From NCBI GenBank assembly GCA_051313645.2, contig JBNRSN020000027.1:25628460-25670000 (forward strand): DNA of 41,541 nt, given 5' to 3'. Position numbers and translations under genes: made by a program. Positions 1 through 10,956 of this stretch are shown here, piece by piece. Source of the stretch: Centroscyllium fabricii. Taxonomy: Eukaryota. The notes below the pieces were generated by a model that saw only the letters and a program-made list of their open reading frames with translations, did not search any database and was not told the DNA's origin. Each line of letters starts with the position of its first letter. Position 1 is the stretch's first letter.

Positions 1-2250
1 GCAATAAAATTGTATTTATCTATATTATAGAGCAAACTTATCTTTAAATTATGCAGCTTCTGCTTATCTATGTTTTGGAAATACAAATTGTAACCAATGA
101 GGTGGAATTCATGTTTTTAACATTTTAATCAGCATTTACACATTCTTTTTTCATTCCAAGGAAAAACTCGCATTGTGATGACAGAGATAAAGAACTTAAG
201 CAATTTTGATTATTATTTTAGATGGTAACAATATGATGTGTTCCACTTATTTTATGCTTACTCTAGCCATTCATTAGTTGCGGTTAGATAACATAATTTC
301 GCGCGACGTATACAATACTGATCATTATAAAGATATTATAAGTAGATATGATATCGCTACAAACAAGTTAAAAAAAATCAGTTTCACTATATGTCATTAG
401 TAAAGAAAGTTCCTCAATAATTTTGTGCAATACTCAGAATTGAAAGCACATTCCATGGCCTGGCACCTGTTAGACGGTGTAACTGCCCCAGTGTTCTTGC
501 ACCGTTAACAGGGCCATTCCGGACTGAAAGCCTTAGTTGCCTGTTGCGCCGATTATCTCAGCCATACCCCGCTCGCTGTCTGCTGTCCCTCGTATCCATT
601 TGCGGCCTTTTTATCTATCATTCTATCTAATTTATCGACGTTTTTATGTGACAAATGACCCGTTTCTCATGCAGACCTTCGTTCGAGCCCTGGCACTTCG
701 CTCTGCCTCTGAATTTTTCAACTCAGTAGCCCGCAGCCCCTTGTAATGTGTATCAAGATAAATATACCGGAAATTTAGCTTCCTGAAAACAGCAGGGTTA
801 AAAGTCAAATGGGCTCTGTTTAATAATTCACATGTCATATTTCTTCTATTTTGTCAAGTTTGCTAAAGAAGATGAAACGATTTGATGGCGGTGCAGTGGA
901 GTTGGTCAGATGGTCAGCACCTTGCCCCTGTTTGGGGTCCAGAATGGGTGTTACAGACACAACGTGCTAATGTACTATTTAAAATAAATTCATATTTCTT
1001 TGATCTATGTATAGGGCCGAAAGATGGATCTTCTCATCGATTCTCTGGGCTCTGGTATTTGAGATTTGCGTCAGCAGTTCCTATTCAAAGAACGTTGTGT
1101 ATAACTGTAAGCAAAGCTGTTAATGTTTCCGGATATATGTTTCATTACTATCACATAATGTAAATAGAAACCATAACTCGTACTTTAGAACAGTGTAAAA
1201 TGTTTCCGAAGACTTGAAGGGTGTGCGTGTTGTGTTTCCACTTCTACTTGTTTTGTATAAAGATATAATTTCTGAAGCAAAATCTTCTTTCTGACTTTAA
1301 TATCTTAGTGAGTGTAGAACGTGGATAACAATAGATTTCAGGCTGCAAATGCTCTCATTATCCCTCTGGATTTGTCTCGGAAACATCCATTTTATTACAT
1401 GCGACTTTCATTATTGGTCATTACAATAATCGGCGTGAGCTCAATTTATCAGCACTGCATTGGAGTATATTTCGAAATGACCTTCAAATGGTGTGAAAAT
1501 GACGATAGACTCTGTGCAGATTTAGGTAGAAGGCTCGGATCTATAATTTAACTTCTGTCCTCCCAGAACTTCCTCTGAGGCTTCGCGCTGAACGTTCCCT
1601 TTCGCCTCGATGCTAACAAGTCGCCGCAATAAATCTCGGCCAGAATAAACGTCATCAATCACCTTGAACTACTTCTATTTGTACGAGAAAGGGTTGTCTG
1701 CTAAACCGTGAATTAGACAACAAATTATCCCTCGATTCTGTAATAAACCATGCCTGATAAACCTTAAAAATCAAGGGAAATGTTTGAAATTGTTACAATA
1801 CAAAAAAAATTGCACTGAATACGTGCAGTCGAGTGTGAGAGTCGGTGAGAGTGTAATCTGCAGAATATCATTTTACAGTTAGACCATTGGAAAGGGGTTT
1901 AATATTCATCTCTCGCACTTTAAATTACGAAGGTTATCGTCTCCCAGAAGGTAACCGAAATAAAGCAATTCTAACCTGAAAGTTATCACAGGCCCACTTA
2001 TTCGGAAAAATACAGTCATGTGTTTTCATGCTTGACTGCATTCTCGCACAGGTAATGTAGAAGGCGCGGCGTGTCTTTATTAACACATAAACCTTCGACA
2101 TTATACTGGTGTATATGTTATACTATCATTGAATGTTCAATTGAACACAAGAGAATGGGATTCAAATACAATAGCAAACATTGAAACCAGTCTTCTCTGC
2201 AAGTATAAGAAAGCGGTATATAAAGCAGCCACGAGTTCTTAACATTTCTT

Positions 2251-2428
2251 GATGTGGAGGTGCTGGTGTTGGACTGGGGTGGACAAATGCAAGAAGTCAC
2301 ACAACACCAGGTTATAGTCCAACAGTTTTATTTGAAATCACAAGCTTTCGGAGCGTAGCTCCGAAAGCTTGTGATTTCAAATAAAACTGTTGGACTATAA
2401 CCTGGTGTTGTGTGACTTCTTGCATTTA
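2251..2428. mobile_element. Penelope-like (family A) 3'-end fold-back insertion
   Basis: Perfect 70-bp inverted arms 2285-2354 and 2358-2427 around a 3-nt loop (GTA). Flanked by direct repeat AACATTTCTT at 2241-2250 and 2429-2438 (TSD). Same sequence as the copies at 4469, 19182 and 24009. The centre is HHR stem II (GGAGC-nnn-GCTCC-GAAA). PLE assignment is inferred from the HHR plus inverted structure. Confidence 0.8.
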
Positions 2429-3312
2429 AACATTTCTTGTACTTAGGTGACATTTGTATCACCATCAGATCTAAATAAATACAAATTAATATATTTTCTA
2501 AAGCTGTGATTCGGGTAATAGTCTAACAGATAACGATTGACAATGTTTGGTAATGGTGTGTGAGGAATTCATAGAAAGCACAAAAAAGTTTCGCCTTTTC
2601 TCAGCACCTGGCGGGAAACGTTCAACACGGGCAACAACTGAGCGAGTTAGTAACTGAAAACAGGTTGCATTTTATTGGGGAAATGAAGCAAACCTGGATT
2701 GAAATAAAGTTTTCTGGAGAAAGAGAAATAACTGCCCTGGATCACTGAACGAGGAATTGACATAAAATGCTTCATTAGATCCACGCACGGCGTGTACCTG
2801 CAGAGCGAAGTTGTCCTATTGGAGTTTAAACACACAAGGCTGCAGCTGAATTGAACTTTAGATTCAACTCATATTTTTTTTTGTATTATTGCAACTTGTC
2901 TTAATGGCTGAGTAGGAGCATCGGCGGTACCTCTGACCCAAAGAGCTCAACGTCTAATGGAAAAGCAGAAGACTAAACTTTGTGTTACCCCAGGGGTTTG
3001 TCACCTTCGTGTTGACTGAGCAAAACCCCTTTACTTTTTGCTCGATTCAAGGCACAGGCAGAGAGAGTGGTCGCTCTCCCAGATCGTACATTAGAACGCA
3101 GAAAGGAGTCAGTGTGTTTAGCCAACCATCCCTGCGTTGTCCACCCTTCAGTCAAGCAGATTTTAGCTGCGTGTATCTCTGCGGCTGCTCTGTTATGCCC
3201 CGCGGGGAATATTCATAAGAATAAAGCGAGAAAGTTATTTTAACTGTAGATTATGGGGGGGGTGGGGGGGGGGGGGTTACCTATCAGCAATGCCCAGTCT
3301 AGCCATTTCATT

Positions 3313-3551
3313 ATAAGAACAGAAACTGCTGGAAAAACTCAGCAGACCAGACAGCATCGGTGGAGAGAAATATCGAGTCGACGTTTCGGGTTGGGACCCT
3401 TTATCAAAGGGGTTTTGAAAAAGGGTCCCAACCCGAAACGTCGACTCGATATTATTTCTCTCCACCGATGCTGCCCTGGCCTGCTGAGTTTTTCCAGCGT
3501 TTTCTGTTGTTATTTCGGATTTCCAGCATCCGCAGGATTTTGCTATCCTAC
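3313..3551. mobile_element. Penelope-like (family B2) 3'-end fold-back insertion
   Basis: Minus arm ~3318-3408 and plus arm ~3411-3546 are near-exact reverse complements. TSD CCATTTCATT at 3303-3312 and 3552-3561. An HHR-like motif lies on each side of the junction. Confidence 0.8.
3411..3446 (+). ncRNA. Minimal type I hammerhead ribozyme, U3:A8 core variant
   Basis: GGUU-UUGAAAA-A-GGGU CCCA ACCC-GAAA-CG-UC-GACU: stem I GGUU/GACU, 4-bp stem II, palindromic ACGU stem III. The GUC triplet predicts cleavage after 3442. Confidence 0.6.
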
Positions 3552-4468
3552 CCATTTCATTGCCCGTTAAATGTGAGGCACTCATTTCATTTCTATTTTT
3601 TTAATAAATATTGCTTGTGATGAATTATCGCTCAGACAGCAGAAATAGTTTTTTAAAGCCCATGAGCCACTTTCTGTGGATTCCGTTCTACTGATTTGGT
3701 GGCAGTTCAAGGAAAAAGGATAATACAAATCTCAAGGTGTTGCACTTAACACGCCTCAGAAATTCCCTTTTGTTGCAAAGTTGTGTTTAACATCTGCAAG
3801 AGAGCAGTGTTGCTTTTATCCCGACGATTGTGAAGTCCTTGCTTTCTACAGCACGGCCATGAAATTACACCTTTAAACACCCACAGCAATTGTTGGATTA
3901 ATACAATTTACAGAAATAACAGAAGCCAGTCCGCAGTAAGCCGTTTCTTTCTGAAATATTTAGGAGTGTGCATTTAAACATCCTATATAACTCATTCTAC
4001 ATGCTCTGAATAAACTTTGCAACTGTAATATTAAATAATAGGCAAGGCATGATGTTGCACTATAAAAGCATATTTTTTTTATTTAGGCTTCAATGTTGCC
4101 ACAGAATGTTCCTGTTGGAAGATCGCACCGGTCGACATCAATAAAGTGATTTGATTACATTGAATTTGTAGCCTTTGAAGTGTCTGTCTCTCCATCTTAG
4201 TAACACCTATAATGCAGCACATTACAATCTAATTGTGCCAGTATTCCATTTGGAAAGGACGCATTTTATGATGTTGACCAATGTGTATAGAAGGAAAAGG
4301 GCATTAGACCAACTCAAGTATCCCACGGTCATAGAAACTGCACATGGCCATATCCATATTAATTTCAGGATTGATTGGAATTGAACTATAATATTGGGAG
4401 AGGGGATTGGGGAGTAGGGGGACCCTTCCCCGCCACAAATATGTATATGTGATACTCACCTTCATCTA

Positions 4469-4588
4469 CAAGAAGTCACACAACACCAGGTTATAGTCCA
4501 ACAGTTTTATTTTAAACTATAACCTGGTGTTGCGTGACTTCTTGCATTTGTCCACCCCAGTCCAACACCGGCACCTCCACATCATGGC
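4469..4588. mobile_element. Penelope-like (family A) 3'-end inverted insertion
   Basis: Minus arm 4469-4515 joined to plus arm 4516-4588. Exact 12-bp TSD CACCTTCATCTA at 4457-4468 and 4589-4600. Confidence 0.8.
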
Positions 4589-4875
4589 CACCTTCATCTA
4601 GTTCGTTTTAACTAGGGGGTGGACACAATGAAACGGTCTTTTATTGACAAGGAGGGTGCTCTGGTTCCCTTATCCCCTGGCCTGTTCCATCGGATCGAAT
4701 GATTTATCTGATTAGCTGCAGGATTCACTTGTGAAGTTTGCTAATGCGAAATATACAGGGCGGGTACACTGAGTGACAGGGAGCCCTACCTTTGGGTACA
4801 TGCCTCAGCAACGTGCAAGTTCACATTAAATTTGTATTTTTTTTTGTTGTATCAGCTGCCGTGGAGATATCCAGT

Positions 4876-5205
4876 TGAGAGAGAGGCAGAGAGAAAGGGG
4901 GCGAGAGTCTATCATTCCCCCTTGAAACAGCATAATAAAGTAGGGTGTGTTTCAGTTCGGAGTGATGGTGGATAAGGGGGACGAGGGAGATGGGATTGGG
5001 GTGGAGGAGAGGGGATGGGATAGAAAGCGACCAGCTGATAGGGGGGAAAATAGAGACAAGGAGGAAAAGAGGATTAAAGAGGAAGAAAAAGAAGTGGAAT
5101 CTGGTGAGGGGGAAAAAAAGATAAAGGAAATAGATGAAATGTGAGGAGAAGAGAGGAAAAGACTGACAGCGAAAGATGAACGACGTAGGGGGCGAGGGTA
5201 GATCA
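4876..5205 (+). repeat. Purine-rich (G/A) low-complexity tract
   Basis: Strongly G/A-biased sequence; explains the spurious E/K/G-rich ORF 4947-5144. Confidence 0.7.
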
Positions 5206-5495
5206 GGAGAACTAACCTTCTCTGCCTTAATCAGTCCTCATTAATTTGTTTTGAGGATATCGTATTAGTCATGGAGCGTACTTAGAGTGTGTGAGCTGAT
5301 TAGCGTAGGGTAGTATTTAGAGTTTGTTTAGGGACGGGAGAGACTGTGTGATTGAGTGGAGAAAAGCTGATTACATCAAGGAATTCTATTTACCTATAAT
5401 TTTAGATCATCGGTAAAGCTTCAGTCTACTCGCTGAGCTGACCGTTCAAAGCATGTGATTCCACTTGCTGTTTTCTTTCAGTTCTCTCCGACTCT

Positions 5496-5951
5496 CAATT
5501 CAATTCAATTCAATTCAAATTTCTTTATTGGCATGACAAGATACATCTTATGTTGCCAAAGCACAGACAAAGGACATATACAATTGAACACACACACACA
5601 CACGCAGATCTAGACATACAGTGAGTGGACAAATATACCCATGTAAACACATATATGCACACATATAATCTTTTCTTAGATTCAATGGTCACTGGTTGCC
5701 CCTTTGCTTATGGCAAGCTGTAACGTAGTTTGCCGCTAATTTTATACAGTCCTTCTGTTCCCCCAATAGTTTTTGGTGGTCGTTCAAATTTTTGAATTCA
5801 GGGCAAGTTTTTTATGAATTTGGGGTAGAAATCCCCCCTTATGTCCTGATAGTTTTCACAGGTTGTGAGGAAATGCAGCTCTGTCTCCGCCGCTCCCTGA
5901 CTGCAGTGGGAGCACAGCCTTTCCTCTCTGGGCAGCCAGGTCTGTCTATAG
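5496..5951 (-). mobile_element. 5'-truncated RTE-X-like LINE 3' end
   Basis: Minus strand reads YRQTWLPREERLCSHCSQGAAETELHFLTTCENYQDIRGDFYPKFIK, then a frameshift, then TCPEFKNLNDHQKLLGEQKDCIKLAANYVTACHKQRGNQ* (stop at 5691-5689). This contains a C-terminal CxxC...H...C knuckle. It is followed by AATAAA and a (GAATT)n tail. Confidence 0.8.
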
Positions 5952-7500
5952 CCTGTCGTAACCTGTAATAGAATGCTCCTTGACAGGAGTTAAACTCTAT
6001 CGACCATCAGATTCATTTCCAGCTGAGAGACGAGAGATAATATATAATATTTTACATGCCTGGGGCTTTTTAAAATGAATGTACTAAACATGCATAAAAA
6101 GCAGTTCTCTCAGAAGCAACGGCAACAGAGATTCAAGTTGTGTGTATTGATCACTTTTTAATGTTAAGCTGCAACTTAGCGTTAGATTTGTGCCATTCTC
6201 GCTGATTATTGTTCTTTCTCTTGGTAGACGAGGCTTCTCACTCGTATTTTTTCTTCATGCAGATATCAAAGGTCTTCTGGTCAAGCTGATGGGAGGTCAT
6301 TCTAATAATACCCAAGGTCACTTCGGGGAGCCAGCGAGTCTCACAGTCATTTTTCACTTGCTTGCAGCATTAACTGACAGTTGCAGGGAACTGGATGTTG
6401 CCGGCCATGGACATCATGTGATGTCATCAGCACATGCCACAGGATTAGAGGACAAGCAGGAGCAGGGGTCTGTGGATTAAAAGGGAGCAACAATTTAAAA
6501 AAAAGACATATGATGGCAGCGAACGCATATCTTGCGGATCATATTCAGTGTGCGCAAAGCTGGAAGACAGGATGGTGTTTATTTTGATCTGAGCCCAAAC
6601 CTTCCCTTGGCGCTGCTCCAGAATATCTACCGTTTGGCCATTGGTGCCGCGGTGAAAAGTCAACACAGTTCAGTGACTGGATCTCGAGGGGAAAAAACAA
6701 ACGCCGAGAGTGTTGCCTGAACATTTATCTAATAAAGACTTGCTGCAGACATCCTGCAGAACATCCCTGGGACTCCCTATTCCTTCCTGCCCTGCCCAAC
6801 CCCCCCAAAAAAGACAATGGCAAGATTTCAGGCTCCATTGCCATCCTCGGTATTTGATTTACATTTCAACTGTAATTAAACAGTTGAAGAACAACAATGT
6901 CGACAAATTCCAGCTGAACTTTAAGTCTGCTTCTCCCCTGCCTTCGTGGCCCTTCATTAGATACTTTCCTCTTGGAGCAGGAGGTCAGGGAGTATAAATA
7001 TAAATTGCATTTTGCATTACTTCTAGATGAGTGAAGCTGTCAAACCAATAATACTAGCTTTCAGTCCCACTTTCTGCCACTTCTATCCCATTTTTCGGCC
7101 AGCAGGTCATGCACAAATTAAAAGTGACAGCCCAGCCGGCATGTCCAACAGACTTATATTGTTATAGGTTTCTGTCGTGGCACAGATCTCAGATCACAGC
7201 CTCAGCCTGTCTCTGTGTCCCCGGTGCCTGCTGGAGATACTGCCAGCCTTAAGGAAGCGCTGAAGAAAAGGAACGGAAAACGTGCTTGAACATGTGGCCA
7301 TTAATGGTGACGTGGACAGGGGGGTGGGGGGTGCGGGGGGAGACGTTTATTGACAAATTAAATGGATCTCGTTTGTTGGTTTGCATTTCTCAACTGCCCC
7401 ACATTCACATGCTGTTCGCTCGGTCACAACTGAACACTGTTTCTTCAAAGTGAACTTTCAACATTTTGACTGGAAAGATGAAATGGACGGCAAATATTTT

Positions 7501-7701
7501 GAGTTCTAACAACAGAAAATGCTGGAAAAAAAACTCAGCAGGCCAGGCAACATCCGTGGAGAGAAATATAGAGTCGACTTTTCGGGTTCGGGCCCTTTGT
7601 CAATATTTCTCTCCACCGATGCTGCCTGGCCTGCTAAGTTTTTTCCAGCATTTTCTGTTGTTATTTCGGATTTCCAGCATCTGCAGTATTTTGCTATCAT
7701 A
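7501..7701. mobile_element. Penelope-like (family B2) 3'-end inverted insertion
   Basis: Minus arm ~7508-7603 ends exactly at the first core base of the HHR motif (TTGACAA on minus). Plus arm ~7604-7697. TSD CAAATATTTT at 7491-7500 and 7702-7711. Confidence 0.8.
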
Positions 7702-9498
7702 CAAATATTTTCATTTACAAGTTGATCAATTTTATTGACCTGTGAAAGGACCTGCATGATATAACAATCAAATTGTATTGCAGCGAATTCTGCATTTTTT
7801 GATCTCTCATATTTTTCCTCGAATTGTTTTATTTCAGTGTGATTGCTCACAGATGAACGGTTGCTTAGTATTATGTATATGTGGGTTCTACTTTGCCAGT
7901 CTCCTTCACTTACTGGATCCGTTCACGCTGTCAATGTTGTCGCCGCACGCTTTGAACGACTGTAGAGAGACATCCCAGGACATTCATTGATGGGCAGATT
8001 TCCTTTCGCTCCAGACGTGTTGTTTTGCCAAAAGAAAAAAAAACTGGAAGAGTGTGGCAACACGAGTTGTGGGCGACCCTTTCCATAACCTCAAGGTCTG
8101 ATGCAACAAACAGCTGAAACAAAGTTTATCATCGAGTCTTACCTGAAATGGACGTGTCGGTGACATTTCTCTATTAAATTAATACCGACTTTCTGACTTA
8201 TTGAGGGATCTGTGCTCTTAAAACTCTAGCACAACTTTCATTGCATTCTTTAGCGGTCAAGTTTTTACAGAACAGAAACTTAAAACTTGTTAACAAATAT
8301 TCCCCCAAAATATTGAAGCGTTTATTTCAATGTTCGAAGTTATTTTTTTTGGCTGCGGAATTACAATCTCCAGCAGTCAGCTTGTAAAATGTACCCAAAG
8401 AAAATTAATCGATGAAATGTGCTTGTGGAAAAGGCTATCACAATGTAACAGTAAGCTGTTGCATAATACTGTCACTGTTTTTTAATCTGACAAGTTTGTA
8501 CAAGAGGTAGTTACTGCTAAATAAACCATGTGAAAATGTACATATTTTAATTGAATGAGAGGTGATTGCCCCTAAACTGTCAATCATCCTTTTGCCATTT
8601 TTGCATAAATTATATTGCAGCTTCAGTTATCTGTTCGGACCTACTAACCCTATAAGTGATGTTCTGCACTTTTCAGAGGACCGTGCTTAAGAGGCTTAAG
8701 AGGCGCGCATGTGAAGTGTGTTGCAGTGCGAACATTAATTGTTTTCGGACGAAAACCAGGGAGATATATATTTTGTTTTCCCCATTCTCGCTAATTGTCT
8801 CCATTCATGAAGGCATTGGCTTCTTCTGGGGGATGTGCTTCCATGAGCATCACGTTGCCCTCGTTACCTCAGTGGCCGCTATTCAAATGTGAGCCTTAAA
8901 GGTGACTGTTGGCTTGCTGCACAACCTCAGGGGCCATCGCACCAGATCGCCAACCCATCCCCCGGCGTCCAAACATGCGCACACTGTGCAGGGAACTGGA
9001 TTGCGATCAGCAATGGGAACCCTGGCCAATCTCCCCCTGCTTTATCCAGGCGCACTCAGACCAACTGTAGCACCCTCCTCACTACCATGGCGGAGAACCA
9101 ACGACTGCAGTACAGCAAAACAGCAGGAAACGCTGGAGAAACTCAGCAGGCCAGGCAGCATCGGTGGAGAGAGAAACAGAGTTTCAGGTCGATGACCTTT
9201 CTTCAGAACTGGAGAAGCCAGGAGCGGGGGGAGGGGGGGATAGATTTTAAAGCTTGTGGGGGCTGGGGAAAGGGGGAGGGGCTGAAAGAACAAAGGAAAG
9301 ATCAGCAACAGGCTAGAAGGCGGGGGAGATAAGAGATATTAGGAGACATTCGAGGAATACAGGACGGCTAACGGCTCTGGCAGAGTAAAGAAAAAAGCCC
9401 AGACGAAAGGGTGGGTTGAAAAAGAGAGAATATATATATATATAAAAAAGTGTGGTAGGGGCCGAGGTTATGATCTAAAATTGTTGAACTCTATGTTT

Positions 9499-9695
9499 CA
9501 AGTCATTAAATATATTCATATATTTAAGAAGGAGTTGGATATATTTCTTAGAGCTAAAGGTATCGAGGGATATGGGGAGAAGGCAGGGACAGGGTGCTGG
9601 GTTTGGATGATCAGCCATGAACTTATCAAATGGTGGAGCAGGATCGAACGGCCGAATGGCCGACTCCTGCTCCTATCTTCTATGTTTCTATGTTT
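9499..9695 (+). mobile_element. CR1/HER1-type LINE 3' fragment nested in the PLE
   Basis: Encodes IFKKELDIFLRAKGIEGYGEKAG; 3' end GGCCGAATGGCCGACTCCTGCTCCTATCTTCTATGTTTCTATGTTT. TCTATGTTT occurs at 9490-9498 and 9687-9695. The empty site is visible in the paralog at 11838-11846. Confidence 0.9.
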
Positions 9696-9849
9696 AGTCC
9701 AGAGGGCTGTAGAGTGCCTAAAATCTCTTATCTTGCCCCGCCTTCTAGCCTGTTGCTGATCTCGCCTTTGTTCTTTCAGCCCCCCCCCCCTTTCCCCAGC
9801 CCCTACAAGCTTTAAAATCTATCCCCCCCCACCCCCCCCTGGCTTCTCC

Positions 9850-9886
9850 AGTTCTGAAGAAAGGTCATTGACCTGAAACGTTAACT
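9850..9886 (+). ncRNA. Minimal type I hammerhead ribozyme (canonical core)
   Basis: AGUU-CUGAAGA-A-AGGUC AUU GACCU-GAAA-CG-UU-AACU: stem I AGUU/AACU, 5-bp stem II, palindromic ACGU stem III. The GUU triplet predicts cleavage after 9882. Confidence 0.75.
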
Positions 9887-10558
9887 CTGTTTCTCTCTCC
9901 ACCGATGCTGCCCTGGCCTGCTGAGTTTCTCCAGCGTTTCCTGTTGTTATTTCGGATTGCCAGCATCCGCAGTATTCTGCTAATGTGGTGCACCTTCCTG
10001 GTCCGTATATTTCAGGCATACCCTTCAACTGAGTGTGCCATTTACACCACGAGGACTGTGGTGGGTGGATACATGGGTCAATACATTTAGTAACCTCAGA
10101 AATAATGATATACAAGCTTAAAAGAGCACGAGTTATTTTCAAGGCTACTGGTTTACAACGACTGAACAAGTCAAATTCTGCTTTGAATACATGGGACTTC
10201 GAGATTTTTTATCAGTGACTTGGGGATTGCGTTACGCAATGCTACCATTTGTAATTGGGGACCGTGATTTACTCTGACTCAATAAATCAAATTGCACTTT
10301 TATAATATAGGATTCCTGTATTTATTCCCATGTTTTGAGGCAATCTCATTCCACGATTCTCTGCATTTTTCCAGTCTGCAGTGGTCTTAACTCATACAGT
10401 CTCCATATCACCTAGAGAATTCTTTTATAACAGCCACCAAAGTAGAGATGCATATTTATAAATTATGCAACGCCGGCTTTTGTGATTCAGATCTCTTTAA
10501 CAATTAAATTAGCTTGGTTTTTGATTAGCTTTGGTTCTGTTCTTTTCTGTTGTATTAG

Positions 10559-10688
10559 GAACATAGAAGATAGGAGCAGGAGTAGGCCATTCGGCCCTTC
10601 GAGCCTGCTCCGCCATTCAATGAGATCATGGATGATCATCCAAACCCATTACACTGTCCCTCTCCTCTCTCCATATCCCTCGATCCCT
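10559..10688 (-). mobile_element. CR1/HER1-type LINE 3' end joined to the HE1 SINE
   Basis: Reverse complement matches the last ~130 nt of the CR1 copies at 14027 and 15190 (AGGGATC.AGGGATATGG...GAATGGCCTACTCCTGCTCCTATCTTCTATGTT). Confidence 0.85.
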
Positions 10689-10956
10689 ATCGAGCCTGCA
10701 TCAACACATATCCCACCCTATCCCCGTAACCCCACATATTCAATCCCCCTAACACTAAGGGTCAATTTATCATGGCCAATCAACCTAACCCGCACATCTT
10801 TGGACTGTGGGAGGAAACCGGAGCACCCGGAGGAAACCCACGCAGACACGGGGAGAATGTGCAAACTCCACACAGATAGTACCCGAGGCTGGATTTGAAC
10901 CCGGGTCTCCAGTGCTGTGAGGCAACAGTGCTAACCACTATGCCACCGTGTTGCCC
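10689..10956 (-). mobile_element. HE1-type tRNA-derived V-SINE
   Basis: Pol III A box TGGCATAGTGG (10945-10935) and B box GGTTCAAATCC (10901-10891). Central V-domain TGTGTGGAGTTTGCACATTCTCCCCGTGTCTGCGTGGGTTTCCTCCGGGTGCTCCGGTTTCCTCCCACAGTCCAAAGA. Confidence 0.9.

Larger units (their letters stand above)
9119..9983. mobile_element. Penelope-like (family B1) element: minus-strand 3' end (~9119-9720) plus inverted plus-strand copy (~9724-9983)
   Basis: After removing the CR1 insert, the minus strand encodes LGTLQPSGLNIEFNNFRS*, resembling the C-terminus of the PLE GIY-YIG endonuclease. The 3' region carries an HHR. The two arms are reverse complements. No clear TSD. Confidence 0.85.
8800..10055 (-). 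mobile_element. Ancient LF-SINE-like element split by the PLE insertion (pieces ~8800-9115 and ~9986-10055)
   Basis: Motifs CTGGATTGCGATCAGCAATGGGAACCCTGGC, GACCAACTGTAGCACCC and, after the PLE, ACCTTCCTGGTCCGTAT resemble, in order, the reverse complement of the LF-SINE consensus as I recall it. Boundaries are approximate. Confidence 0.55.

Noticed and set aside
3253-3620. Overlapping ORFs on both strands with internally repeated peptide
   Set aside because: Artefact of the PLE palindrome; the same applies to the ORFs at 7466-7850, 8889-9332 and 11373-11678.
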